DNA of 64,000 nt from Nitrospinaceae bacterium (GTDB lineage: Bacteria; Nitrospinota; Nitrospinia; Nitrospinales; VA-1): the NCBI GenBank assembly GCA_029261655.1, contig JAJDAY010000026.1:138362-202361 (forward strand), given 5' to 3'. Every line of letters starts with the position of its first letter. The stretch's first letter is position 1. Below are positions 10,431 to 24,161 of this stretch, piece by piece. The position numbers were made by a program, and so were the translations under genes. Under the pieces are notes generated by a model. It was not told where the DNA came from. It saw only the letters and a program-made list of their open reading frames with translations, and searched no databases.

Positions 10431-11351
10431 TTATTTCCCCAGAGAAACCCTGGGGTCGAGCCAGGCGTACATCATATCGACCACGATATTGGCCAGAACG
10501 ATCAACACGGAGTAAACCAGCGTCACCCCCATGATGAGCGGGTAATCGCGGTTGGTCACGGCGGTGATGAAAAAACTGCCCATGCCGGGAATCGAAAAAA
10601 TAAACTCGATCACGAACGATCCCGTCACCAGCCCGGCAACAAGAGGACCCATCACCGAAACCACAGGATAAATGGAATTTTTCAGCGCGTGTTTCAGCAA
10701 AACCATCGGCTCCGACAATCCCTTGGCGCGCGCTGTCCGAATATAATCGGACGCCAGCACGTCGAGAACCGTGGTCCGGGTCAGGCGGGCGATGTATCCG
10801 GCAAAACCCGCCCCCAGAGCGAATGCCGGCATCAACACATGACGCGGCCCCTCCCACAATGCCGGCGGCAACCAATGAAGCTTGTGTGAAAAAGCCCAGA
10901 CCAGAACCGTCCCCAGGACAAAACTGGGAACGGAGATGCCCAGGGTCGCCAAAAACACGCAGGACCGGTCGATCGCGGAATTTCGCCAATAAGCGGCAAC
11001 GAGGCCGCCGGGAATACCAAGCCCGAGAATGACAGCCACCGCGCACAACCCCAGCGTGAGCGATACGGGAAAGGTTTCGGCGATGATGGCGGAAACATCG
11101 CGACCAATGTATTTGTAAGACGGCCCCAGATCCCCCTGAAAAACCTGCTTCATGTAGAGAAAATACTGCATGACCAGAGGTTCGTTGAGGTGATATTTGG
11201 CTTCGATATTGGCGATGATTTCGGGCGGAAGTTTTTTTTCGGTGTCAAAGGGCCCACCCGGAACCAGATGCATGATTCCAAAAGTCAGGGTGGCCACTGT
11301 AATCAATACGGGTATGCCATACAGGATTCGCTTACAGAAATAGACAATCAT
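10431..11351 (-). CDS. ABC transporter permease (DppB/OppB family)
   Basis: N-terminal MIVYFCKRILYGIPVLITVATLTF, six TM segments, BPD_transp_1-like core. Confidence 0.85.
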   Translation of the reverse strand: MIVYFCKRILYGIPVLITVATLTFGIMHLVPGGPFDTEKKLPPEIIANIEAKYHLNEPLVMQYFLYMKQVFQGDLGPSYKYIGRDVSAIIAETFPVSLTLGLCAVAVILGLGIPGGLVAAYWRNSAIDRSCVFLATLGISVPSFVLGTVLVWAFSHKLHWLPPALWEGPRHVLMPAFALGAGFAGYIARLTRTTVLDVLASDYIRTARAKGLSEPMVLLKHALKNSIYPVVSVMGPLVAGLVTGSFVIEFIFSIPGMGSFFITAVTNRDYPLIMGVTLVYSVLIVLANIVVDMMYAWLDPRVSLGK

Positions 11352-11476
11352 TTGGCCATCCTACCACATCGAAAAATTGCCGGGCAATTCGCAAGTTTCC
11401 AGCGTAAGATAATACGTTTCTTTCATGTTAAAATCCTTTTTCCAACTAATCTTATTAATCTTTAGTCGCCGGGTTC

Positions 11477-13306
11477 ATGGCCTTTCACTCCCTCACAGAA
11501 TTTATCGAACAGCTTGAGCGTGAAAACGAGCTGATTCGAATCAGCGAATCGGTTTCCCCCATTCTGGAAATTTCCGAGATCACGGACCGTGTTTCAAAAT
11601 CTCCAGACGGCGGCAAAGCCTTGTTGTTTGAAAATGTCGAAGGCAGTCAAATGCCGGTTTTGATCAACGCCTTCGGAAGCACCCGCCGGATGAGCCTGGC
11701 GCTCGGAGTCGAAGATATCGAAGAAATTCCAAAAGAAATCGACCGCTATTTGAAAATCGCGCCGCCCGCGACACTCCTGGACAAAGTTAAACTGCTTCCG
11801 CTGTTATTGAACGCGGCCAACTTCCCGCCAAAAATGTTCCGTGGAGGTCAAGCCCCCTGTCAGGAGATCGTGCATCTGGGCGACGACGTGGATCTCGGAA
11901 AAATTCCCATACTACAGTGCTGGCCGAACGACGCGGGCCGGTTCATCACCTTGCCCATTGTGGTCAACCGAAGCGCCGACGATAAACTGAGGAACGTCGG
12001 ACTTTACCGCATGCAGATCTATGATAAAAATACCACCGGCATGCACTGGCACATCCATAAAGACGGGGCCCATTTTTTCCACGAATTTCGCCGTCAGAAT
12101 AAGAGAATGGAAGTGGCCGTGGCCATCGGCGCGGATCCGGTCGTTTGTTATTCCGCATCAGCCCCCCTGCCCTACGGCATCGACGAGTTTCTGCTGGCGG
12201 GGTTCATCCGCAAATCAGCGGTTCCGTTGGTGAAATGCAAAACGGTGGACCTCGAAATCCCCGCCACGGCGGAAATCGTGTTGGAAGGATATATCGATCC
12301 ATCGGAGATGCGTCTCGAAGGTCCGTTCGGCGACCACACCGGATACTACTCGCAGGACGGCGACTACCCGGTGTTTCATGTCACCGCCATCACGCACCGC
12401 AAAAATCCCGTTTACCTGACCACCATTGTCGGTAAACCACCGCAAGAAGATTATTATCTGGGCAAGGCAACGGAGAGGATTTTTCTACCGCTCATGCGCA
12501 CTCAGTTGCCGGAAATCGTCGACATGGACATGCCGCTTGAAGGCGTGTTCCACAACTCGGTGATCCTCTCCATCGACAAACGCTATCCCATGCAGGCTAG
12601 GCGCATGATGAGCGCCTTGTGGGGGTTGGGGCAGATGAGCTTTGTCAAAACCATTCTGGTGGTGGACGCTGACGTCGATGTTCATGACACAAAGGCTGTC
12701 TTAAGGGTTCTATTAAACAATATTGATTTTAAACGCGACCTGTTTTTTTCCGAAGGCATTCTCGACGTTTTGAATCACGGCTCGGATCAGGCGTTGTATG
12801 GTTCCAAACTGGGGATCGACGCCACCACAAAAATCGAAGGAGAACCCGGTTTCGGAAAAGATGCGCATTCACGCCAGCCATCTAAAAACCTTCCCAACCC
12901 CAAAGCGGTGGTGGATCGGTTTAAAGAAGTTAAGGACTGCCGCATACTCGATAGCGACAGCCGTCATTCCGTGATGTTTGTCGCGTTCGATAAAACCCGC
13001 GCCCATCAGCCTGGAAAATTCATTTCCGCCTTTTTCAATAATCCGGGGTTTGCAAAAATATCCATCCTCATCGTTCTGGAAGCCCATGTCGATTTGCGGG
13101 ACTATTCTGCCATCATGTGGAAATTTTTCAACAACCTGGACCCCAAACGGGATTTTCATTTCGAGGACGGACACCTGGGAATCGACGTGACCCGCAAATT
13201 ACCCGAAGAAGGTTACGAACAGGACTGGCCCGACGAAATCGCTATGTCCCGGACGATCAAAGATCAGGTGGATAAAAAGTGGAAGCGAATGTTTGGTGAG
13301 AAATAA
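11477..13306 (+). CDS. UbiD-family (prenylated-FMN dependent) decarboxylase with C-terminal extension
   Basis: UbiD signatures (LYRMQIYDKNTTGMHWHIHKDGAHFF, EGPFGDHTGYY). At 609 aa it is about 110 aa longer than canonical UbiD. Confidence 0.85.
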   Translation: MAFHSLTEFIEQLERENELIRISESVSPILEISEITDRVSKSPDGGKALLFENVEGSQMPVLINAFGSTRRMSLALGVEDIEEIPKEIDRYLKIAPPATLLDKVKLLPLLLNAANFPPKMFRGGQAPCQEIVHLGDDVDLGKIPILQCWPNDAGRFITLPIVVNRSADDKLRNVGLYRMQIYDKNTTGMHWHIHKDGAHFFHEFRRQNKRMEVAVAIGADPVVCYSASAPLPYGIDEFLLAGFIRKSAVPLVKCKTVDLEIPATAEIVLEGYIDPSEMRLEGPFGDHTGYYSQDGDYPVFHVTAITHRKNPVYLTTIVGKPPQEDYYLGKATERIFLPLMRTQLPEIVDMDMPLEGVFHNSVILSIDKRYPMQARRMMSALWGLGQMSFVKTILVVDADVDVHDTKAVLRVLLNNIDFKRDLFFSEGILDVLNHGSDQALYGSKLGIDATTKIEGEPGFGKDAHSRQPSKNLPNPKAVVDRFKEVKDCRILDSDSRHSVMFVAFDKTRAHQPGKFISAFFNNPGFAKISILIVLEAHVDLRDYSAIMWKFFNNLDPKRDFHFEDGHLGIDVTRKLPEEGYEQDWPDEIAMSRTIKDQVDKKWKRMFGEK

Positions 13307-13448
13307 AAATAGTTTATTATGCTTTAAACCTAAATCATCTGTGTGGGCTGAAGGCTTTCGTATTTATCTATTCATTTCGAACGTAATATTCACGCGCTAC
13401 CAGATTTTCATTAAAAATGTCTCACCAACACTGGAATGAGTGACTAAT

Positions 13449-13727
13449 ATGGCCAAGGTCAAACGAATTGTTCTTGATGTTTTAAAACCCCACCAACCCA
13501 GCGTGCTCGAATTTGCGAAAGCCATTGCGGACCAGGGAACCCGGTGCAACGTCAAGATCACCGTCGAAGAAGTAGATGAAAAAACGGAGTCGGTCACACT
13601 GGTGATGGAGGGAGAAAATGTCCCGTTCGATGCCGTCGTAGATACCATTAATAATTTAGGAGGATCCCTGCATAGTATTGATGGTGTGGAAGTAGAAGGG
13701 CCGGATGCTTCTCCTGACCAGAAATAA
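13449..13727 (+). CDS. DUF211-family small protein
   Basis: MAKVKRIVLDVLKPHQP... conserved small protein of the DUF211 type. 9 nt from the next gene. Confidence 0.5.
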   Translation: MAKVKRIVLDVLKPHQPSVLEFAKAIADQGTRCNVKITVEEVDEKTESVTLVMEGENVPFDAVVDTINNLGGSLHSIDGVEVEGPDASPDQK

Positions 13728-13735
13728 TTTGAATC

Positions 13736-14311
13736 GTGATTCAACGCCTGAGATTTCTATTAAATCTCTCCCGAGCGCATGGAATCGCTCGCAGATATTT
13801 TTTCACAAACGGCTATGACGGCGCCCTGACTATACTGGGATTGATTGTGGCCTTTTACACAACCGGGGATGTTCCGACGCACACTGCTATCAGCGCCTGC
13901 CTCGGTGCGGCCATTGCCCTTTGCATCAGCGGTCTGACCAGCGCCTATATCAGTGAGTCCGAGGAAAGAAAAAAGGAACTCGCCGAATTGGAAAGGGCTC
14001 TGGTAACCGACCTGGGCGATTCGGAATTCGGTAAAGCGTCGCAATGGGTGCCGGTTTGGATCTCTCTGGTGAATGGGCTTGCCCCCTTCCTGGTCTCCCT
14101 GTTTATAATAGCCCCTTTGTGGATGGACCAAATTGGAATTGCTCTTCCATTTCCTCCACTTGAATCTGCCATTGGTTTCGCTCTTCTGGCTATTTTTTTT
14201 CTGGGCCTTTTTCTGGGTAAAACGAGCGGGTCATTTTGGCTTTGGAGCGGTCTGCGAGCTTTGTTAATCGCTGTGGTCACATGTCTGATTATTTTTGCTT
14301 TGAAATTGTAG
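13736..14311 (+). CDS. integral membrane protein (possibly VIT1/CCC1-like)
   Basis: 191 aa with about 5 TM helices. Likely co-transcribed with the DUF211 gene. Confidence 0.45.
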   Translation: MIQRLRFLLNLSRAHGIARRYFFTNGYDGALTILGLIVAFYTTGDVPTHTAISACLGAAIALCISGLTSAYISESEERKKELAELERALVTDLGDSEFGKASQWVPVWISLVNGLAPFLVSLFIIAPLWMDQIGIALPFPPLESAIGFALLAIFFLGLFLGKTSGSFWLWSGLRALLIAVVTCLIIFALKL

Positions 14312-14368
14312 AAATTTTTATTGATCCAATAAATTAAAAAAATTCATCACCGGAATTAACGCATTAAC

Positions 14369-17203
14369 ATGGCATCAGACAAACTGACAATCAAAGGCGC
14401 GAGGGTCCACAACCTCCGAAACATTTCTCTTTCACTTCCACGCAACAAGCTGGTGGTCATCACCGGGTTGAGCGGGTCGGGCAAATCCTCCCTGGCTTTC
14501 GACACCATTTACGCCGAGGGCCAGCGCCGCTATGTGGAATCCCTGTCCGCCTACGCGCGTCAATTTCTGGAGTTGATGGAAAAGCCGGACGTCGATTACA
14601 TCGAAGGGCTTTCCCCCGCCATTTCCATCGAGCAAAAAACATCGAGCAAAAACCCGCGCTCCACCGTCGGAACCGTCACCGAAATCTACGACTATCTCCG
14701 TCTGCTGTTCGCGCGCATCGGCAAGGTTTATTGTTATGGATGCGACCGTCAGATTTCTTCGCAAACGGTGCAGCAGATCACCGATCAGGTGCAGGCGATT
14801 CCTGAGGGCGAAAAGATTTTAATCCTCGCCCCTCTGGTCCAGGGCAGGAAAGGAGAATTTAAAAAAGAGTTGGCCGGATTACAGAAGAAAGGTTTCGTTC
14901 GCGCCCGTGTGAATGGGGAAGTGGTCGCGCTGGAGGAAGAAATCAACCTGGACAAAAAGTTCAAACACAGTATCGAAGCGGTGGTCGATCGATTAATCAT
15001 TAAAGACAAAATGGGCAAACGGTTGGCGGAGTCCGTCGAGATGGGCCTCAACCAGGGAGAAGGGTCGCTGATCGTGTCCATCCTGGGTAAAAACGGTTCC
15101 GGCAAAGAAATGTTGTTCAGCGAAAATTTCGCCTGCAATTACTGCGGCATCAGTTACCCGGAGCTGGAACCGCGTCTTTTTTCCTTCAACAATCCCACCG
15201 GCGCGTGTTCTAAATGCGATGGGCTGGGGATCAAAATGGTGATCGACCCCGATCTGGTCATTCCCGATCCCGGCTTGTCGATCCGCGAAGGGGCGCTCAA
15301 GCCCTGGGAAAAAAGAAATTCGCTTTATTTCCACCAGATGCTGGACACCATCGCCACGCATTTTAAATTCAAACTCACTAAGCCGTTTAAAGATTTACCT
15401 AAAAAAATACAAAAAATTATTCTGTACGGCGCGGGCGACGAGCCGATCAAATACCAATATGAGAAAGGCGACCGACGGCATTTTTACACCGACACGTTTG
15501 ACGGCATCATCCCCGATCTGGAGCGTCGCTATCTGGAGACCGATTCCTTTTCGGCGCGCGAAGATATCGCCAAATACATGCGCCCCCTCCCCTGCTCTTT
15601 GTGCGAGGGCGCCCGCTTAAAGAAGGAAGCTGTGTCTGTGCGTTGCGGCAACAAAAATATCGTGGAACTGACCGGGTTGTCTATCGGCGGACTCACGGAT
15701 TTTTTCACCGACCTGAAGCTGACCGCAAAGGAACAAACCATCGCCCGCAGAATCATCAAAGAGATCAAGGAACGGCTCGGGTTCCTCGGCAACGTGGGGC
15801 TGGACTATCTGACCCTGGACCGTTCCTCCGCCACACTTTCCGGCGGAGAGAGCCAGCGCATCCGGCTGGCAACTCAAATCGGTTCGAGTCTCATGGGTGT
15901 TCTTTACGTATTGGACGAACCGAGCATCGGCCTGCACCAACGCGATAACGACCGCCTGCTGAACACCCTCACGCGCCTGCGCGATCTGGGAAACACGGTG
16001 ATCGTGGTCGAACACGATGAACAAACCATCCTGAGCGCCGATCACGTGGTGGACCTTGGACCGGGAGCGGGCCGGCACGGCGGCGCCGTGGTGTTTTCCG
16101 GAACGCCGAAAGCGTTGCTGAAAGATAAAAAATCCCTCACGGGGCAATTTCTCTCGGGACGGAAAAAAATTCATCTTCCAAAAAAACGGCGCAAGGGCAA
16201 TGGAAAATCTCTATGCATCAAAGGAGCCTGTCAAAACAATCTCAAAAATCTAGACGTTGAAATTCCGTTGGGAACTTTTGTGTGCGTGACCGGGGTATCC
16301 GGCTCCGGCAAAAGCACGTTGACCATTGAGATCCTCTACAAAGCTCTGGCCCAGCATTTCTGGAGATCCACCGACAAGCCCGGAAAGTTTGAGAAAATCT
16401 CCGGCATTCAGTATCTCGACAAGGTGATCGATATCGACCAATCCCCCATTGGCAGAACGCCCCGTTCGAATCCGGCAACGTACACCGGCGTGTTCACTCT
16501 CATCCGCGAAATGTTCAGTCAGGTTCCGGACGCGAGGGTGCGCGGTTACAAACCCGGACGCTTCAGTTTTAACGTGAAGGGCGGCAGGTGTGAAGCTTGT
16601 CAGGGAGACGGGGTGCTGAAGATCGAAATGCATTTTCTTCCCGACGTGTTCGTCACTTGTGAAGTCTGTTCGGGCAAACGTTTCAACCGGGAAACTCTGG
16701 AGATTCTTTATAAAGGTAAAAATATTGCTGACGTGCTGGAAATGACGGTTGAGGAAGGGTGCTCTTTTTTCAAGAATATTCCCGCCATAAAAACAAAGCT
16801 TGGAACTTTAGCCGAAGTGGGGCTCGACTACATCCATCTGGGCCAACAGGCGACCACGCTGTCCGGCGGAGAAGCGCAGAGGGTCAAACTCTCCAAGGAA
16901 CTCAGCAAACGCAGTACGGGACAGACTTTTTACATTCTCGATGAACCCACGACCGGCCTGCATTTCTCCGACATCGAACAACTGCTCACTGTTCTGACCA
17001 AACTTGTGGACGCGGGCAACACCGTCCTCGTGATTGAGCATAATCTGGATGTGATAAAAACGGCGGATCATATCATCGACCTTGGTCCTGAGGGGGGCAA
17101 TAAGGGAGGGCAGGTTCTCGCGGAAGGCACGCCGGAACAGGTGAGCGAAAACAAACGGTCTTACACGGGGAAGTATTTGAAAGAGGTCTTGCAGAAAAAA
17201 TAA
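14369..17203 (+). CDS. uvrA: excinuclease ABC subunit A
   Basis: 944 aa with two ABC ATPase modules ([18 protein letters not shown]), zinc-finger cysteines and LSGGE signatures. Confidence 0.95.
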   Translation: MASDKLTIKGARVHNLRNISLSLPRNKLVVITGLSGSGKSSLAFDTIYAEGQRRYVESLSAYARQFLELMEKPDVDYIEGLSPAISIEQKTSSKNPRSTVGTVTEIYDYLRLLFARIGKVYCYGCDRQISSQTVQQITDQVQAIPEGEKILILAPLVQGRKGEFKKELAGLQKKGFVRARVNGEVVALEEEINLDKKFKHSIEAVVDRLIIKDKMGKRLAESVEMGLNQGEGSLIVSILGKNGSGKEMLFSENFACNYCGISYPELEPRLFSFNNPTGACSKCDGLGIKMVIDPDLVIPDPGLSIREGALKPWEKRNSLYFHQMLDTIATHFKFKLTKPFKDLPKKIQKIILYGAGDEPIKYQYEKGDRRHFYTDTFDGIIPDLERRYLETDSFSAREDIAKYMRPLPCSLCEGARLKKEAVSVRCGNKNIVELTGLSIGGLTDFFTDLKLTAKEQTIARRIIKEIKERLGFLGNVGLDYLTLDRSSATLSGGESQRIRLATQIGSSLMGVLYVLDEPSIGLHQRDNDRLLNTLTRLRDLGNTVIVVEHDEQTILSADHVVDLGPGAGRHGGAVVFSGTPKALLKDKKSLTGQFLSGRKKIHLPKKRRKGNGKSLCIKGACQNNLKNLDVEIPLGTFVCVTGVSGSGKSTLTIEILYKALAQHFWRSTDKPGKFEKISGIQYLDKVIDIDQSPIGRTPRSNPATYTGVFTLIREMFSQVPDARVRGYKPGRFSFNVKGGRCEACQGDGVLKIEMHFLPDVFVTCEVCSGKRFNRETLEILYKGKNIADVLEMTVEEGCSFFKNIPAIKTKLGTLAEVGLDYIHLGQQATTLSGGEAQRVKLSKELSKRSTGQTFYILDEPTTGLHFSDIEQLLTVLTKLVDAGNTVLVIEHNLDVIKTADHIIDLGPEGGNKGGQVLAEGTPEQVSENKRSYTGKYLKEVLQKK

Positions 17204-17247
17204 TTCCGTCTATCCGCTATGCAGGGGGAACGATCGGGGAAGGCTTA

Positions 17248-17652
17248 TTATTTTTCGGTGTGTTCCAGACGGGCAACGGCACGAAACAGGTCATCCTGGG
17301 CATCTTTGAATTCTTCCTCGCTGATTCCTGTCTTAAGAAGAATGGCTTCGGCTTTGGATTTAGCTTTTTCAGCGCGTTCCCGGTCCACTTCGTGGAGAAA
17401 TTCTGCGGATTCCGCCAGAATAATCACCCGGTTGTCGGTCACTTCCAGATAGCCTCCGCTCACGATGAAAGAAGTGGTGGCGCCGCCCTTTTCGTAGGAC
17501 AGGGGTCCGGGGCGCAAATTGGTGATGAGGGGTGCGTGGCCCAGCAGGATTCCAAGATCGCCTTCAGAACCGGGGACGTTGACCTGATCGACATCTTCAC
17601 CCACCAATTGTTTTTCCGGAGTCACCAGACTCAAATGCAAAAAATCAGCCAT
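17248..17652 (-). CDS. atpC: F0F1 ATP synthase subunit epsilon
   Basis: 134 aa, matches the F1 epsilon family. Last gene of the atp operon. Confidence 0.9.
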   Translation of the reverse strand: MADFLHLSLVTPEKQLVGEDVDQVNVPGSEGDLGILLGHAPLITNLRPGPLSYEKGGATTSFIVSGGYLEVTDNRVIILAESAEFLHEVDRERAEKAKSKAEAILLKTGISEEEFKDAQDDLFRAVARLEHTEK

Positions 17653-17702
17653 AATAATTTATTGTGAACCTGTAAAAAAGTTGTGCTAATTTTTGAAGCT
17701 CG

Positions 17703-20022
<2,320 letters not shown>

Positions 20023-20031
20023 AGTTTGTGT

Positions 20032-21534
20032 TTAGAACAACCCTTTGTATTCCTGGATAACTTCCTTGAGCTTGGCTTCCTTCGCGTCGTCCAGTTTTTT
20101 ATCGTTTTCAATTCCGCTGATGATGTCGGGGTGTTTTTCCTCAATGAAATTCAACAAACCGGCCTCAAATCTCTTGACGTCTTCCAGGGCGATGTCTTCA
20201 AGCAACCCGCGCACGCCCGCGAAAATGGCAATGATCTGCCGGGCCACGGAAAGCGGTTTATACTGATCCTGTTTCAGGAGTTCAACCAGCCGCACTCCCC
20301 TGGACAACTGCGCCTGAGTCGCGGCGTCCAGGTCACTGCCAAACTGGGCAAACGCCGCCATCTCACGGTATTGGGCCAGATCCAGCCGCAACTGACCTGC
20401 CACCTGTTTCATGGCTTTGATCTGGGCGGAACCACCCACACGGGAAACCGACAAACCCACGTTGATCGCAGGGCGGACGCCCGAGAAGAACAAATCGGTC
20501 TCCAGAAATATCTGCCCGTCGGTGATGGAAATCACGTTGGTCGGAATATAAGCCGAAACGTCACCCGCCTGGGTTTCGATAATGGGCAAAGCGGTCATGG
20601 AACCCGCACCCAGCTCGTCGCTGACTTTGGCGGCCCGTTCGAGCAATCTTGAATGCAGAAAAAAAACGTCACCGGGATAAGCTTCCCGTCCAGGAGGCCG
20701 TCTGAGCAAAAGAGATAACTGACGGTAGGCGGCGGCCTGCTTGGTGAGATCGTCATAAACAATCAGGCAATGCTGTCCGTTGTCGCGAAAATATTCTCCC
20801 ATCGCGCAACCCGCATAAGGCGCGATGAACTGCATGGGGGCAGGTTCGCTGGCGGACGCGGAAACGACAATGGTGTACTTCATCGCGTCATGCTCTTCCA
20901 GGGTCTTCACCACACGGGCCACCGTGGACCGTTTTTGACCCACCGCGACATAAATACAAAAAACGTTTTGACCTTTTTGGTTGATGATGGTGTCGATCGC
21001 AACCGCTGTCTTACCCGTCTGCCGATCTCCAATGATCAGCTCCCGTTGACCACGCCCAATGGGAATCATCCCGTCAATGGCTTTGATCCCTGTCTGCAGT
21101 GGCTCGTGGACGGACTTCCTGTCGATCACGCCGGGAGCAATTCTTTCGATCGGGCCAAATTTTTGGGTCTTAACGGGGCCACGTCCGTCGATAGGCTTTC
21201 CAAGGCCATCGACGACCCGGCCAATCAACTCCGGTCCAATGGGAACCTCCATGATACGACCGGTGCGTTTGACTTCATCGCCTTCTTTGATATCGCTGTC
21301 AAATCCGAGGAGGATAGCGCCCACATTATCTTCTTCCAGGTTCAGCACCATGCCGACCAAACCGCCGGGGAACTCCAAAAGTTCTCCGGACATGGCATTT
21401 CCCAAACCATAGATACGGGCAATACCGTCACCGACAGATATCACGCGCCCCGTCTCTTTGAGCTCGACACTCTCATCAAACCCCTGGATCTGTTTTTCGA
21501 TCAGAGAACTGATCTCATCGGCTCGCAAACTCAC
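20032..21534 (-). CDS. atpA: F0F1 ATP synthase subunit alpha
   Basis: 500 aa with P-loop GDRQTGKT. Confidence 0.95.
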   Translation of the reverse strand: MSLRADEISSLIEKQIQGFDESVELKETGRVISVGDGIARIYGLGNAMSGELLEFPGGLVGMVLNLEEDNVGAILLGFDSDIKEGDEVKRTGRIMEVPIGPELIGRVVDGLGKPIDGRGPVKTQKFGPIERIAPGVIDRKSVHEPLQTGIKAIDGMIPIGRGQRELIIGDRQTGKTAVAIDTIINQKGQNVFCIYVAVGQKRSTVARVVKTLEEHDAMKYTIVVSASASEPAPMQFIAPYAGCAMGEYFRDNGQHCLIVYDDLTKQAAAYRQLSLLLRRPPGREAYPGDVFFLHSRLLERAAKVSDELGAGSMTALPIIETQAGDVSAYIPTNVISITDGQIFLETDLFFSGVRPAINVGLSVSRVGGSAQIKAMKQVAGQLRLDLAQYREMAAFAQFGSDLDAATQAQLSRGVRLVELLKQDQYKPLSVARQIIAIFAGVRGLLEDIALEDVKRFEAGLLNFIEEKHPDIISGIENDKKLDDAKEAKLKEVIQEYKGLF

Positions 21535-22086
21535 TTAGGCCACCTCCTCTTTTTCCAATTTCTGTTTTAGCAGGGTCAGGCGGTTCTTAATAGTCGCGTC
21601 TGCGACCTGATCTCCAATTTTCAACTGAACCCCGCCAATCAATGATTCATCAATATGAACATCAATCAAAACCGCTTTGCCCAGGATACCGGCCAGCGCG
21701 GATCGTAATCTTTCAATGTTCGCTTTGGTCAACTTATGCGCTGACCGGACGGAAACCCGGACCTGATTCAACCTCTGGTCAACGATCTTTTCAAAAAATT
21801 CTGTTATTTTTCCCAGGAACAGAATCTTTTTCCTTTCGGACAACAGGACCATCAGATTGCAGACCGCCTGCTCTACTTTGAGCCGGTCACACAATGCCTT
21901 CGCCATGCCGGTTTTCTTGTCCAGCGAAATGGTGGGATGGGAGAAAAACCGAACCAACTTCTCCTGGGTATCAAAAGCACTCTTGCATGCCTGCAGGTTT
22001 TCCAATACAGGGTTCAGCAAAGAGTCCTCCTTGACGCTGTCAGAGAGAGCTTCCGCGTATCGTTTGCCTATCAAATTTTCTATCAT
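21535..22086 (-). CDS. atpH: F0F1 ATP synthase subunit delta
   Basis: 183 aa OSCP/delta family. Its stop abuts the atpA start. Confidence 0.85.
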   Translation of the reverse strand: MIENLIGKRYAEALSDSVKEDSLLNPVLENLQACKSAFDTQEKLVRFFSHPTISLDKKTGMAKALCDRLKVEQAVCNLMVLLSERKKILFLGKITEFFEKIVDQRLNQVRVSVRSAHKLTKANIERLRSALAGILGKAVLIDVHIDESLIGGVQLKIGDQVADATIKNRLTLLKQKLEKEEVA

Positions 22087-22145
22087 GGGATTTTTAACGG
22101 TCTCTTTTTTTCACGGAACCTTTGGCCCCATAGTGGTCAACCCAT

Positions 22146-22658
22146 CTACCCTTGTTGCATTTCCTTAAGAACTTCTTCGATGGATTCTTCTGCCAGTTTT
22201 TTCCTGTCCGTGTCATCCATCGTCTTTTTCAAAAACTTTTCCGTCGAAGAGATGGTCAAAGCGGCGGTGAAGCCACGGACTTCAGACATCAGCTTGTTGC
22301 GGGCCACTTCAATTTCCCGCTCCATGTCATTCTGCATTTGCTTGACCTTGGACTGAGTCTCCTCCAATGATTTTTCCTGGATTTTTTTTGACTCGCTGGT
22401 CGCCATCTGAACGATGGTTTTAGCTTTCTCGTGAGCGCTCTTAAGCTCGTTCTCCAGACTTTCTTTGATAGCCACCGCTTCCTGTTTTAATTTATCCGCG
22501 CTTTCAATATCCTCTCGGATTTTCTTCTCACGCTCCTCCAGGGTATCCAGAATAGGAGGAAACACAAACTTCTTGAGGAGAAAAAAGAAAATACCAAAAG
22601 AAAGTAGCGACCAAAAAATAAGTGAGCTGAAGACTTCGAATTGCTCAAATTGTGGCAT
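22146..22658 (-). CDS. atpF: F0F1 ATP synthase subunit b
   Basis: 170 aa with a single N-terminal TM then a long charged helix. Confidence 0.85.
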   Translation of the reverse strand: MPQFEQFEVFSSLIFWSLLSFGIFFFLLKKFVFPPILDTLEEREKKIREDIESADKLKQEAVAIKESLENELKSAHEKAKTIVQMATSESKKIQEKSLEETQSKVKQMQNDMEREIEVARNKLMSEVRGFTAALTISSTEKFLKKTMDDTDRKKLAEESIEEVLKEMQQG

Positions 22659-22744
22659 TGTATCCCTTTCAACAAAAAAGGAAGTGTTAATACAGGAGAC
22701 GGCCCTTTAACGGTAACGGGACCCGTCTTCTGAAAAAATCTACC

Positions 22745-22966
22745 CTAGGGCATGATAATAAACGCGATGACCAGAGCATAAAGAGCAATGGCTTCAACCA
22801 GGGCAAACCCGATCCAGCAATATTTCGCAACATGCTTTTCAGCGTTTGGCTGTCGACCCACGGTTTCAATGGTCTTGGCAAAAATATAGGCAATACCCAG
22901 AGCCGCGCCGAAAAAACCCGCCGCGCACAATCCCATGCCAATTAATGCTGCTGCTTCTGCACCCAT
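22745..22966 (-). CDS. atpE: F0F1 ATP synthase subunit c
   Basis: 73-aa hairpin proteolipid with a conserved carboxylate in helix 2 (...ALVEAIALYALV...). Confidence 0.9.
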   Translation of the reverse strand: MGAEAAALIGMGLCAAGFFGAALGIAYIFAKTIETVGRQPNAEKHVAKYCWIGFALVEAIALYALVIAFIIMP

Positions 22967-22991
22967 ACTGATTCTCCTTTTTTCACAATAA

Positions 22992-23723
22992 TTAATGTAA
23001 CCTGATCACATCACCAATGTACACGCAGGTCAACGTAGTAAAAATATATGCCTGGATAAAAGCGATGGCGACCTCCAATCCATTGATGATGACCGTGAAC
23101 CCAAATGGCATCCACCCAATCCAGACCGGAGCTGTCATCGCCAGCCCAAAGAGCACAGCCAAAACCGTATGCCCCGCCGTCATATTGGCAAACAACCTGA
23201 CCGCCAAAGATAAAGGACGGGCCAGCATGCTGATGATTTCTATAGGAATCATGATCGGAATCATGACTTTTGGAATCCCCGGAGGAACCAGGATGGACAA
23301 AAAGTGCCCCCCGTGCCTGGAGAATCCGATCACCAGTGTCATGAGAAAGATTCCAACCGCAAACGCACCGGTAACGGCTATCTGACTGGTGATGGTGTAG
23401 GAGCCGGGAATCAATCCGATTAAATTACAGGTCAGGATGAAAAAAAACAAAGACGCGACAAAGGAAAAATATTTCTTACCTTCCTCTTTTCCGATGAATT
23501 CATCGACCATCCCCTGAATAAACTCCATCGCAATTTCCAGAACACTCTGAAGTTTTCCGGGAATCAACAGCCGACCTTTTCCTGAAGCCACCATGAACAA
23601 CCCAAAGACCAGGGCCAACCCGATCCACATGGCGATGATGGCCTTGTTGATCGAGATATCCAACCCGCCCAGGCTAAGGTGAATTATGGGGTGTAGTTCA
23701 AAATGATGTAGGGGACTATCCAT
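22992..23723 (-). CDS. atpB: F0F1 ATP synthase subunit a
   Basis: 243-aa polytopic protein with the conserved Arg region (...LAVRLFANM...). Confidence 0.9.
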   Translation of the reverse strand: MDSPLHHFELHPIIHLSLGGLDISINKAIIAMWIGLALVFGLFMVASGKGRLLIPGKLQSVLEIAMEFIQGMVDEFIGKEEGKKYFSFVASLFFFILTCNLIGLIPGSYTITSQIAVTGAFAVGIFLMTLVIGFSRHGGHFLSILVPPGIPKVMIPIMIPIEIISMLARPLSLAVRLFANMTAGHTVLAVLFGLAMTAPVWIGWMPFGFTVIINGLEVAIAFIQAYIFTTLTCVYIGDVIRLH

Positions 23724-23726
23724 TAC

Positions 23727-24014
23727 TTAACTTTTTTCGTCCTTATCCGGTGTATTGTTTTGATCCTGTTCTTCCTTTTCATTCTCTTCAGCCGAAGCCA
23801 ACTCCTCGGTCATCGCCTGAGCGGCTCGATAGACATTCAGCATTCCGGCGGCTCCGCCAAAAATCACGCCCGCTACAATCCCCCAGGGTTTGGTTCCAAA
23901 GAAATGATCGGCCCCGTACCCCATTCCTGCGCCAAGCAGTGTGGCAACCGTCATTTCCGTCCCCAACCTGAATGCTATGCCCAAGCCCTGACGGAAGTCG
24001 TTGCTTTCACTCAT
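23727..24014 (-). CDS. AtpZ/AtpI-family small membrane protein
   Basis: 95 aa, two TM segments, immediately upstream of atpB. Typical position of the atp operon accessory gene. Confidence 0.55.
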   Translation of the reverse strand: MSESNDFRQGLGIAFRLGTEMTVATLLGAGMGYGADHFFGTKPWGIVAGVIFGGAAGMLNVYRAAQAMTEELASAEENEKEEQDQNNTPDKDEKS

Positions 24015-24161
24015 TAATTTTTTGGGAAAAAACGGCCTACAAAGGAAAAAAAGGAGGCTATCTTACAACAAGCGGTTTTATTTGTCCAAATAAACTTTTC
24101 CCCTTACCGATATTCTAACGGAAACCATTCGGAAAACTCAGCAGCTCAAAGAACCTTCGAC

